In this document: piece after piece, positions 54,496 to 63,309 of the stretch
How positions within the stretch are numbered: position 1 is the first letter of the stretch
Layout: each line of letters begins with the position of its first letter
DNA from: an uncultured Chloroflexia bacterium
GTDB taxonomy: Bacteria > Chloroflexota > Limnocylindria > Limnocylindrales > CSP1-4
Assembly (NCBI GenBank): GCA_963734895.1
Contig: CAVTIN010000003.1
Location: 67,718-131,717, forward strand
Reading direction: 5' to 3'
DNA length: 64,000 bases
Position numbers and translations under genes: made by a program
Notes under the pieces: model-generated
What the model was told of the DNA's origin: nothing
Databases searched by the model: none
The model's input: the letters and a program-made list of their open reading frames with translations, nothing else

Positions 54496-55709
54496 CCGGC
54501 GGTCTCTCCGGGACAACGTGGCGACGGCCTGGGGTCTGGGCTGCCGGCGTCCTGCTGGCGAGCACCGTCGGAATGGTGTGCTTCGCGTTCGTCCTCGCGG
54601 TCCTGCCAGGTACCGAGCAGCTGGCCGGTCGACCTGGCGAGACTAACCCGCTCGGGCCGGTCAGTGCCCCGGTCGTGCTGGGCGTGCTCCTCACGTCGCC
54701 TGCCGTTGGCGCGATCCTCGCTGTTCGCCAGCCATCCAACCCGATCGGCTGGCTGTTCCTCCTGATCGGGTTCGGCTTCTCCATCTACGTCTTCTCCTGG
54801 GGGTATGTCGGTCGGAGCGTCGGGCTGGGTGCCGACCTGCCCGGCTATCGCCTGGTCGACTGGGTTGCTTCCTGGTCGATCACCGCTGCAGTCGGGCTGG
54901 CCGTGATCTGGGTCCCTATGTTGTTCCCGGATGGTCACCTGCCAGGCTCGCACTGGCGCCCTGTCGCCTGGGTGGCCGCCATCGGTACCGCCAGTCAGGT
55001 CGCGGTCGAGGCGCTGACGACCAACGGGATCCTGCCCAACCCGATTGCCGCCGACGGTCCCGTGACCGATGCCCTCAAGGCGCTGGGCGTCTTCTTCCTC
55101 GTCGGGGTCCTCGTGGCGATCGCGGCAGTGATCGTTCGTTACCGGCGATCCCGCGGTCCCGAGCGCCAGCAGCTCAAGTGGTTCCTGGCGGCCGCCGGCT
55201 ACATGGCGATCGTGCTCCCCATCGCCGGAGGGACCGGCAATGAGCTGGCCTTCTACCTCTTCATGCTCGGGATGATCGCGATCCCCATCGCCATCGGGAT
55301 CGCGATCCTGCGATACCGGCTGTACGACATCGACCGCCTGATCAGCCGCACCATCGGCTGGGCGCTGGTGACCGGGATCCTGGCCGCCGTGTTCGTGGGC
55401 GTCGTGCTCGCCCTCCAGTCGCTGTTGGCCGGGTTCACCCAGGGCGAGACCCTCGCGGTCGCGGCATCCACGCTGGCCGCGTTCGCGCTGTTCCAGCCGC
55501 TGCGGCGGCGGATCCAGGTTGCGGTCGATCGGCGGTTCGACCGGGCCCGGTACGACGGGCAGCTCACGGTCGATGCGTTTGCGGAGCGGCTGCGGGACGA
55601 GGTGGAGTTCGCCGAGATCGATCGGGACATCCATCGCGTGATCGACGATGCCGTGCGCCCGACCCATGTCGGGATGTGGCTGCGCGAGCGCCAGGGAGCA
55701 GGCCGGTGA
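54492..55709 (+). CDS. paralog P5 of the ~10-TM membrane protein family
   Basis: Motifs SNPIGWLFL, FPDGHLPGSHWR, PERQQLKW, LRYRLYDIDRLISRT and VDRRFDRARYD. The start is uncertain: ATG 54492, ATG 54384 or TTG 54366. Confidence 0.8.
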   Translation: MTGGLSGTTWRRPGVWAAGVLLASTVGMVCFAFVLAVLPGTEQLAGRPGETNPLGPVSAPVVLGVLLTSPAVGAILAVRQPSNPIGWLFLLIGFGFSIYVFSWGYVGRSVGLGADLPGYRLVDWVASWSITAAVGLAVIWVPMLFPDGHLPGSHWRPVAWVAAIGTASQVAVEALTTNGILPNPIAADGPVTDALKALGVFFLVGVLVAIAAVIVRYRRSRGPERQQLKWFLAAAGYMAIVLPIAGGTGNELAFYLFMLGMIAIPIAIGIAILRYRLYDIDRLISRTIGWALVTGILAAVFVGVVLALQSLLAGFTQGETLAVAASTLAAFALFQPLRRRIQVAVDRRFDRARYDGQLTVDAFAERLRDEVEFAEIDRDIHRVIDDAVRPTHVGMWLRERQGAGR

Positions 55710-56893
55710 CGGCAGCCCGCGTCACCCGCCCCGAACCTGCCGTGCCGGCCCGCCGCCGGCCGACCACCTGGCTCGCCCTCGTCCTGCTGGCCATCGCCCT
55801 GGGCATGGTGGGCTTCATGTTCGCCTCGGCCATGCTCCCCGGGCACGAGCGCCTGTCGACCGCGGTGGAGGAGGGGCTGGACGTCATCCCGATCCTCGCG
55901 TCATTGGCGGCGGTCCTTTCGCTTGCCGGCGTCGGGTGCGTGCTGGCGGCGCTTCGTCCACGCAACCCCATCGGCTGGGTCTTGCTGGTCGGGGGCGCGA
56001 CCTTGATGCTCAGCGATTTCACGACGAGCTACGTGGAGCGCAGCACCGTGGTCGAACCCCTTCCCGGTTACCGGCTCCTGGAGACCTTGTCGCCCTTGTT
56101 CGCGTCACTCGCCATCCCACTCCTGACCGTCTGGCTTCCGCTCCTGTTTCCGGATGGGCGGCTGCCAGGGCCGCGTTGGCGGGTCGTGGGCGCGATCGCC
56201 ACGATCTACACGGTCGCTGCCGTCGCGCTGACGCTGGTGCCGGCGCCCGAGCTCGTGGGGGAGGCGATCAGCCCGATCGCAGGGGGATTGATCGCGGCCG
56301 CCCTCGTCGCGCTCATCGTGCGCTTCCGGCGCACGCATGGGGCGGAGCGCCAGCAGGTGAAGTGGTTTCTGGCGGCGGTCGCGCTGCTCGCCGCGTCGAT
56401 GCTCGTGCTGGCAGCAACGCACAACGAGTGGGGGTGGGCGCTCATGCTGCTCTCCCTCGCGTTCCTGCCCATCGCCATCGGCATCGCCGTCCTCCGCTAC
56501 CGGCTGTACGACATCGACCGGCTGGTCAGCCGCACGATCGGGTGGGCGCTGGTGACCGGGATCCTGGCTGCCGTGTTCGTGGGTGTCGTGATCGGCCTCC
56601 AGGCGCTGCTCTCGAGCTTCACCCAGGGTGAGACGCTCGCGGTGGCCGCGTCCACGCTGGTCGCATTCGCCCTGTTCCAGCCGCTGCGACGGCGGGTCCA
56701 GGTTGCGGTCGATCGGCGGTTCGACCGGGCGCGGTACGACGGGCAGCGCACCGTTGATGCGTTTGCCGAGCGGCTGCGCGATCAAGTGGAGCTCGGCGAG
56801 ATCCACGGAGACATCCATCAGACAGTGCACTCGACCATGCGGCCGACACACGTCGGCATGTGGCTTCGGCGCGCCGGCGACCAAGCCCCCTAG
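55706..56893 (+). CDS. paralog P6 of the ~10-TM membrane protein family
   Basis: GTG 55706 overlaps the P5 stop (GTGA). Motifs RNPIGWVLL, FPDGRLPGPRWR, AERQQVKW, LRYRLYDIDRLVSRT and VDRRFDRARYD. Confidence 0.8.
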   Translation: MTAARVTRPEPAVPARRRPTTWLALVLLAIALGMVGFMFASAMLPGHERLSTAVEEGLDVIPILASLAAVLSLAGVGCVLAALRPRNPIGWVLLVGGATLMLSDFTTSYVERSTVVEPLPGYRLLETLSPLFASLAIPLLTVWLPLLFPDGRLPGPRWRVVGAIATIYTVAAVALTLVPAPELVGEAISPIAGGLIAAALVALIVRFRRTHGAERQQVKWFLAAVALLAASMLVLAATHNEWGWALMLLSLAFLPIAIGIAVLRYRLYDIDRLVSRTIGWALVTGILAAVFVGVVIGLQALLSSFTQGETLAVAASTLVAFALFQPLRRRVQVAVDRRFDRARYDGQRTVDAFAERLRDQVELGEIHGDIHQTVHSTMRPTHVGMWLRRAGDQAP

Positions 56894-56922
56894 ATCAGAG
56901 TCGGCCGCCTGGAGAGAGCGCA

Positions 56923-57350
56923 ATGTCATTCACGATCGAGGATACGTACGATGCCCCGGTGGCGACGCAGCAGCGATCTATGCCTGCTACACCGACGCGT
57001 CCACCTGGCACCTCTGGGGCCACAACACGAGCGGCGCGCAGGCCCGGACGCTGGTGGAAGAGGGTGCGATCGTGGACGTCAAGGTCCGCCGCTACCCGTG
57101 GACGTATGCGGTCCGCGTCCTCGAGGTTGATCCGGGTCGGCGCGTGGTCTGCGAGGTGAGGCCCGTCGGCGTGCGGATCGTGCAGTCGTACGAGGTCGAG
57201 CCAATCGCCGACGGAGCCCGGATCCGCCACGTGTTCACGGTCGCGGGTCCGCTCGAGCGCGGGTACAAGCTGCTCGCCGGCCAGTACACCAAGCTGCTCG
57301 CCCGCGAGACCCGCGCCCTGGCCGCCTACGTTCGACGGGGTCGTGCCTGA
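56923..57350 (+). CDS. SRPBCC/START-like (polyketide-cyclase-fold) protein, apparently interrupted by a 1-nt deletion near 56953-56962
   Basis: GGAGAGAG precedes ATG 56923 (MSFTIEDTYDAP). The rest (AAIYACYTDASTWHLWG..VRIVQSYEVEP..) is in another frame. 428 nt plus 1 gives 143 codons. Confidence 0.65.
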
Positions 57351-57375
57351 CAGAACCGATCATGGATGACGTGGT

Positions 57376-57433
57376 GTTACGTGACGATATCGGAGCGTCA
57401 CCATTGTTCGTAACGATATCCGGACGCTTCCAG
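57376..57433 (+). promoter_or_regulatory. GTAACG-type heptamer cluster upstream of the partner-switching operon
   Basis: GTTACGT 57376 and GTGACGA 57381 come first. GTAACGA 57410 and CGGACGC 57421 follow, 11 nt apart. CAGCTT (57431-57436) lies 12 nt before ATG 57449. Confidence 0.4.
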
Positions 57434-57448
57434 CTTGAGGATCAGGTC

Positions 57449-59099
57449 ATGACAGCACTGACTCGTCCATTCCGGCGCCTCCTTCGCCGGCCCGCGCCAG
57501 ACGGCCGCCGGCTTCGCCGTCGCGCCGCCCGCCGAATGCCTGCCGAGCAGCCCGGCGTGTCCATCGACATCCCGGAGACCGACCCGCTGTTCGCCTACCT
57601 GCAGTCGGCACCCGGGCCCGGTGGATCTCTTGCGCCTGGAGCTGGCGTCGCCGGCCCTCACCGAGCTCCGCGAGGCCGGCGTGGCGCTTGTCGTGCCGCT
57701 GGTGACCCAGGGTGAGCTGATCGGCACCCTCAACCTCGGACCACGGCTGTCCGAGCAGGAATACTCCACAGACGACCGCCGGCTCCTGGCCACGCTCGCC
57801 GCCCAGGCCGCGCCCGCCATCCGCGTCGCCCAGCTCGTACGCGAGCAGGCCGCCGAGGCCGCGGAGCGCGAGCGGTACCAGCAGGAGCTCAAGGTCGCGC
57901 AGCTGATCCAGCAGCAGTTTCTGCCGCGCGAGCTGCCCAACTTGCCCGAGTGGCAGATCGCCGCGTACTACGGCCCGGCGCGTGTTGTCGGCGGCGACTT
58001 CTACGACTTCATCGACCTCGGGGACGGCAGGATCGGCGTCGTGGTCGGCGACGTGACCGACAAGGGCGTGCCGGCGGCGCTGGTCATGGCCCGAACCCAC
58101 TCCATTCTGCGCGCCGAGGCGCCGCGCCTGGTCGAGCCCGGCAAGGTGCTCGCTCGCGCCAACGAGCTGCTGGTGCCGGAGATGCCGGCCCGCATGTTCG
58201 TGACCTGCCTTTACGGCGTCCTGGAGCCCGCGACCGGCCGCTTCGTGTTCGCGAACGCTGGCCACAACCTGCCCTACGTCCGGACACCGGATGGCGTCAT
58301 CGAGCTTCGGGCAACCGGCCTGCCGCTCGGCCTCATGCCGGGCATCGAGTACGAGGAGACCGAGGGCTCCGTGGGCCAGGGCGATGCGATGCTGCTCTAC
58401 TCGGATGGCCTCGTAGAGCAGCACGGGCCGGGCCGCGAGATGTACGGCTTCCCGCGCCTGCGCAGCGCGATGGAAGGTGCCGATGCCGGGAGCGAGCTCC
58501 TGGACCGGCTGCTCGAGGAGCTGAAGGCGTTCCAGGGTTCGGAAGTGGAGCAGGAAGACGACATCACGCTCGTCACCCTCCGACGGTCGGCGGGTGTGAC
58601 CGAGGGGGCGTGGTCCGAGGTTCGCCCCGAGGTCGAGGTCACCCGTGACGACGAGCCGTCCGAGGTCCTCGCTGCAGAGCCCCTGCTCACGTTCACGATC
58701 CAGGGCGCGATCGGCAACGAGCGCGCGGCCATGCAACGGGTGGCCGACGTGGTCGCGCCGCTGGGGCTGGAGCCTGCGCGACTCGAGCGCCTCAAGACCG
58801 CCGTCGCCGAGACCGTGATGAACGCGATCGAGTACGGATCGCAGGGCGATCCTGAGGTTCCCGTGGACGTGCGCGTGGACGCCGATGACGCGGCGATCCG
58901 CATCCGGGTCACGGACCGGGCCCTGTCCGGACCGGTGCCCGACGTCGAGATGCCTGACCTGAACGCCAAGCTCGAGGGTCTCCAGAAGCCCCGTGGCTGG
59001 GGCCTGTTCCTGATCCGCCACATGGTCGACGGCATGGACGTGCACGTCGCCGATGGCCTGCAGACCGTCACCCTCACCCTCGCCCGGGACGGGCGCTGA
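57449..59099 (+). CDS. GAF + PP2C (SpoIIE/RsbU-type) phosphatase fused to an RsbW-like HATPase anti-sigma-kinase domain; 1-nt insertion near 57611-57620
   Basis: ATG 57449 (MTALTRPF..DPLFAYLQSAPGP) shifts frame into VDLLRLELASPAL.. PP2C motifs GGDFYDF, GDVTDKGVPAA, YSDGLVE and DDITLV are present. The C-terminal ERLKTAVAETVMNAIEYG..GWGLFLIRHMVD matches an RsbW-type domain. 1651 nt minus 1 gives 550 codons. Confidence 0.8.
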
Positions 59100-59114
59100 C
59101 CGATGGAGGCAGCC

Positions 59115-59477
59115 ATGAACGAGCAGCGGCTCGACATCGAGGTCGTCACATCGACCGCCGGCGAGGCCCGGCTCGCGATGCGCGGCGACGTGGACATCGC
59201 GGCGGACGAGGCGCTTGCCACCGCGTACGCGACCGCGGCGGCAGGGGGCGCCACGCGCGTGGTCCTCGACTTCAGGAGCGTCGACTACATCAACTCGACC
59301 GGCATTGCGCTGATCGTCCGGCTGCTCGCAGAGGCCCGCCGCGATCACCGAGAGGTGATTGCCGAGGGGCTCACCGACCACTACCGGGAGATCTTCCGGA
59401 TCACCCGGCTGTCCGATTACCTCACCATCGCCGACGGCGTCTCGGCAGGCAGCGTTCCAGAGGAGGGCAACCGATGA
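59115..59477 (+). CDS. STAS-domain anti-sigma-factor antagonist (RsbV-like) 1
   Basis: The VVLDFRSVDYINSTGIALIVRLL core has the conserved Ser in DYINSTG. GGAGG precedes ATG 59115. ATG 59103 is also possible. Confidence 0.8.
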   Translation: MNEQRLDIEVVTSTAGEARLAMRGDVDIAADEALATAYATAAAGGATRVVLDFRSVDYINSTGIALIVRLLAEARRDHREVIAEGLTDHYREIFRITRLSDYLTIADGVSAGSVPEEGNR

Positions 59478-59818
59478 CCGACACCACGATCGACGTCAGC
59501 CAGCATGGCGATGCCGCGATCCTCCACGTCCACGGTGAGATCACCGGCGGCAGCGAGCCCGCACTGATGGGCGCCTACGGCCAGGCCGGCGACGCGCGAT
59601 CCATCGTGCTGGACTTCGGCGATCTCGAGTACATGAACAGCGGTGGGATCGGGCTGCTGGTGACGCTCCTCGTGCGCACGAAGCGGGCCGGCCAGAAGCT
59701 GCTCGCCGTTGGCCTGACCGAGCACTACCGCCAGATCCTGGCGCTGACCCGTCTCGACGAGGCGATCTCAATCCACGACGACGAGCCTTCGGCCCTGGCC
59801 GCAGCCGCGTCCGCCTGA
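59474..59818 (+). CDS. STAS-domain anti-sigma-factor antagonist (RsbV-like) 2
   Basis: IVLDFGDLEYMNSGGIGLLVTLL core. Its ATG overlaps the upstream stop (ATGA) and is preceded by GGAGGG. Confidence 0.8.
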   Translation: MTDTTIDVSQHGDAAILHVHGEITGGSEPALMGAYGQAGDARSIVLDFGDLEYMNSGGIGLLVTLLVRTKRAGQKLLAVGLTEHYRQILALTRLDEAISIHDDEPSALAAAASA

Positions 59819-59831
59819 ACGGAGCACTCCC

Positions 59832-60572
59832 ATGACCACCGAGCCTCGCACCCCCCGCGATAAGGAATCCTGGGCCCGCCCCGTGGACCGGCTGTCCACG
59901 ACCGCGAAGACCGGTGGCATGGACACCGTCACCGGCAAGCGCGTCTCCGGCCCCATCCAGGGCTTCGGCCAGATGTGGCAGAAGACGTTCAAGGTGAGGC
60001 TCGACGGCGTCGACCTCGACCCGGAGGCCGTCGTCGCGCACTGGAAGGCCGGGTTCCCCACCTTCTGGCCCAAGGGCGCAGCGTTCTACGCCCCGCTGGC
60101 GGGGATCGCCCCCGGCGAGGTCGCCCTGCTGGAGGTTGCGCCGGTCCCGGGCTCACCGGTCAAGATGTCGACCGGGGTCATGGTCATCTACGCTGACCGT
60201 GAATCGTTCACGTTCATGACACCAGAGGGTCACGCGCTGTCCGCATGGATCACCTTCTCCGCCTTCCGCGACGGCGACACGACGGTCGCCCAGGCCCAGG
60301 CGCTCGAGCGGACGAGCGACCCGTTCATCGAGCTGACCTACATGTTCGGCGCGAACCGGGCGAACGACCGGTTCTGGGAACGGACGTTGGAGAACCTGGC
60401 GGCCTCGCTGGGTGTCGAGGCTCCGGTCGTCGAAGCGCAGAAGGTGTGCGTGGACAAGCATCGACAATGGCGGTACGTCCGCAACCTGCGCCGCAGCGCC
60501 GCGGTCAACATGGCGGTGGGCACGGTCACGGCTCCCGTCCGCTGGGTGCGGCGCCGCCGGGTCGCAGGCTGA
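59832..60572 (+). CDS. hypothetical protein in the partner-switching operon
   Basis: A 246-aa ORF with normal composition (GFGQMWQKTFKVRL..FTFMTPEGHALSAWITFSAF). I cannot name the family with confidence. Confidence 0.55.
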   Translation: MTTEPRTPRDKESWARPVDRLSTTAKTGGMDTVTGKRVSGPIQGFGQMWQKTFKVRLDGVDLDPEAVVAHWKAGFPTFWPKGAAFYAPLAGIAPGEVALLEVAPVPGSPVKMSTGVMVIYADRESFTFMTPEGHALSAWITFSAFRDGDTTVAQAQALERTSDPFIELTYMFGANRANDRFWERTLENLAASLGVEAPVVEAQKVCVDKHRQWRYVRNLRRSAAVNMAVGTVTAPVRWVRRRRVAG

Positions 60573-60609
60573 TCGCGGCACGTCCGTCGCGGAGCCCGCG
60601 GTGACGCCC

Positions 60610-62040
60610 ATGCGTCGCCGCGGTGACGGGCTGGACGCCATCGTCGTCGGCGCGGGTCCCAACGGACTTGCCGCAGCCATCGAGCTCGCGCGCGCCGGGC
60701 GGCAGGTCAGGATCTACGAAGCCGCCGACGAGGTCGGCGGCGGGTCCCGGTCCGCGGAGCTGACGCTCCCAGGCTTCATCCACGACGTCTGCTCCGCGGT
60801 TCACCCGCTGGGCGTGGCGTCGACCTTCTTCGGTACGCTCGACCTGGCCCGTCACGGGCTCGAGTGGGTCCAGCCCCAGGCACCCCTCGCGCACGCGCTG
60901 GCTCCCGGCAGGAGCGTTGTCCTGGAACGCGATCTCGAAGCCACGCGCCGGAACGTGGGCCGTGACGGAGACGCATGGGTCCGCCTGTTCGGACCGCTCG
61001 CCCGCGAGTGGGAGCGCCTCGCCCCGACGCTGCTCGGACCGGTGGTCCGGCCGCCTCGCCATCCGCTGCTCCTGGCCCGCTTCGGCCTGCCGGCGGTGCT
61101 CCCGGCGACATCGCTCGCCCGGATCGCGTTCCGAGAGCCCGCCGCGCGGGCGCTGTTCGCGGGCATGGCCGGCCATTCAATGCTCCGGTTGGGCCGCCCG
61201 CTGACCGCGTCCTTCGGGCTGGTGCTGGGGATGCTCGCCCACGCCGTGGGCTGGCCGGTGGCACGCGGCGGCAGCGGCCGGATCGCGGCGGCGCTCGAAG
61301 CGGAGGCCCGCTCGCTGGGCGTCGAGATCGTCATTGGCCACCGGGTCGATGCGCTCGCGGCGCTGCCGGACGCCCGGGCCGTGATCCTCGACCTCACACC
61401 GCGCCAGGTCGTGGAGATCGCCGGCAACCGGCTTCCGTCCGGATACCGGGGCCAGCTGGAGCGGTACCGCTACGGACCGGGGGCGTTCAAGGTCGACTGG
61501 GCACTCGACGGCCCGATCCCGTGGGCTGATCCGGCCACGGCCAGAGCCGGAACGGTGCATGTCGGCGGGACGATGACCGAGGTCGCAGCATCGGAGGACG
61601 CGGTGGATCGTGGAACTCCGTCGGATCGCCCATTCGTGCTGCTGGTCCAGCCGACGATGGCGGATCCGTCGCGAGCGCCGGAGGGCAAGCACATCGCGTG
61701 GGCCTACTGCCACGTGCCCCACGGTTCCGACGTGGACATGACCGACGCGATCGAGCGCCAGGTCGAGCGGTTCGCGCCGGGGTTCCGCGACCTCGTCCTC
61801 GCCCGGAGCGTGAAGAACGCGCCGGCGATGGAGGCGTACGACGCGAACTACATCGGCGGCGACATCAACGGCGGGATCCAGGACGTTCGCCAACTGCTGT
61901 TCCGACCGGTCCTGCGCTGGAACCCGTACACGACTCCCGACCCGGGGCTGTTCCTGTGCTCGTCCTCGACGCCGCCTGGCGGCGGGGTCCACGGGATGGG
62001 CGGTCTGCACGCGGCGCGAGCGGTGCTGCACCGAACCTGA
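60610..62040 (+). CDS. FAD-dependent oxidoreductase, phytoene-desaturase (CrtI)-related family
   Basis: Dinucleotide fold DAIVVGAGPNGLAAAIELARAG..YEA..VGGG, and a C-terminal GGGVHGMGG typical of the family. The start is ATG 60610 or GTG 60601. Confidence 0.8.
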   Translation: MRRRGDGLDAIVVGAGPNGLAAAIELARAGRQVRIYEAADEVGGGSRSAELTLPGFIHDVCSAVHPLGVASTFFGTLDLARHGLEWVQPQAPLAHALAPGRSVVLERDLEATRRNVGRDGDAWVRLFGPLAREWERLAPTLLGPVVRPPRHPLLLARFGLPAVLPATSLARIAFREPAARALFAGMAGHSMLRLGRPLTASFGLVLGMLAHAVGWPVARGGSGRIAAALEAEARSLGVEIVIGHRVDALAALPDARAVILDLTPRQVVEIAGNRLPSGYRGQLERYRYGPGAFKVDWALDGPIPWADPATARAGTVHVGGTMTEVAASEDAVDRGTPSDRPFVLLVQPTMADPSRAPEGKHIAWAYCHVPHGSDVDMTDAIERQVERFAPGFRDLVLARSVKNAPAMEAYDANYIGGDINGGIQDVRQLLFRPVLRWNPYTTPDPGLFLCSSSTPPGGGVHGMGGLHAARAVLHRT

Positions 62041-62109
62041 CTCAGGACAGGCGGCCTCCGGAATCGGCGCGCTCGCGGGCGCCGCGATGGCAGACTGCGC
62101 TGATCCGCG

Positions 62110-63309
62110 ATGACCACCACCAGCCGCTCCCGGGATGAGATCCGCGTCCTCGGCCGTTCCATCACGGTCGAGGCGATGGCGCGGGCGCTGCTCGCGATCG
62201 GCGCCGCAATCTTCTACTGGCTGCTCGGCCCCGGACAGGGCGACAACGACCCGTTCAACCCGCTGGCTGCCGCGCTCCTGCAGGGGCGGCTGTCGATCCC
62301 GGACCCGATGCCCTGGCTCGAGAGCGTGCCGGCACCGGACGGCTGGTACGTGCCGCTCGCTCCGGGACCCGCCGTGGTCCTGCTCCCGGTCGTCGCCCTG
62401 GTCGGGCCGCACGTCGTGGACACCAGCCTGCTGTCGGCGATCTCGGCGGCCGTGGCGGTCTGGCTCGCGTGGGGCCTGGTGCGCCAGATCGGCGGGACCG
62501 CGCGGCAGGCCGCCTGGCTCACGGTCGCGCTCGCCTTCGGCTCCGAGCTGACCTGGGTCGCGACCTCGGGTGGCCCGCACAACGTCGAGCACACGCTGGC
62601 GATGGCGTGCCTGCTGGCAAGCCTCCGCCTGGCGATCGCGGGTCGCGCCCCGGCGGCAGCCGGGCTCCTGTGGGCATTCGCCGTGACCTGCCGCGTCCCC
62701 GTCGGGCTCGCGCTGCCGCTGTTCGTGTGGCTGTACCGACGCCAGATCGGGCGGTTCGTACTCGCCGCCGCGCCGATCGGGGCGCTGTTCGTGTTCTACA
62801 ACACCGCCCGCTTCGGCAACCCGCTGGATTTCGGGCTGGCGCGGATCATGGGCGGCGATCCACCGACCTCGGTCCTCGACGAGCCCTGGTACAACCACGG
62901 GATCATCGCGATCGACTACCTCCCGCGAGGGCTGCACACGATGCTGCTCCGGACGTTCGATATCGTGTCCGACCCGCCGTGGTTCCGCCCCAACTGGACG
63001 GGTGCATCCGTGCTGCTGACGATGCCTGTGCTCGCCTGGCTGCACCGGGCGCGGGCAAAGGTGCTCGTGGTTCCCTGGCTGGTCGCGGGCCTCGTCCTGG
63101 TGCCGGACCTGCTCCACGGCGCCCCGGGATTCGCGCAGTTCGGATACCGCTTCATCTGCGACGTGCTGCCGATCCTGTGGTGGCTGCTGGCGTGGGTCGC
63201 CGTCAACCGCGGGCTGACGCTGGGGATGCGGGCGGCGATCGTGGCCGGCATCGCGGTCAACATGTATGCGCTCTGGACGGTGTGGGCGCTCGGGTTCGTC
63301 GGCTACTGA
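62110..63309 (+). CDS. polytopic membrane glycosyltransferase-like protein (GT-C fold, ArnT/PMT-like)
   Basis: About 10 TM helices, with an early periplasmic-loop acidic motif (GQGDNDPFNP) and the overall architecture of GT-C enzymes. This is a family-level call only. Confidence 0.5.
   Translation: MTTTSRSRDEIRVLGRSITVEAMARALLAIGAAIFYWLLGPGQGDNDPFNPLAAALLQGRLSIPDPMPWLESVPAPDGWYVPLAPGPAVVLLPVVALVGPHVVDTSLLSAISAAVAVWLAWGLVRQIGGTARQAAWLTVALAFGSELTWVATSGGPHNVEHTLAMACLLASLRLAIAGRAPAAAGLLWAFAVTCRVPVGLALPLFVWLYRRQIGRFVLAAAPIGALFVFYNTARFGNPLDFGLARIMGGDPPTSVLDEPWYNHGIIAIDYLPRGLHTMLLRTFDIVSDPPWFRPNWTGASVLLTMPVLAWLHRARAKVLVVPWLVAGLVLVPDLLHGAPGFAQFGYRFICDVLPILWWLLAWVAVNRGLTLGMRAAIVAGIAVNMYALWTVWALGFVGY

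Noticed and set aside
43803-60572. Interpreting the paralog island as a mobile element or prophage remnant.
   Set aside because: No integrase, transposase, tRNA target, terminal inverted or direct repeats, or obvious compositional shift could be seen. It is called accessory-looking only because of the paralogy and the broken regulators.
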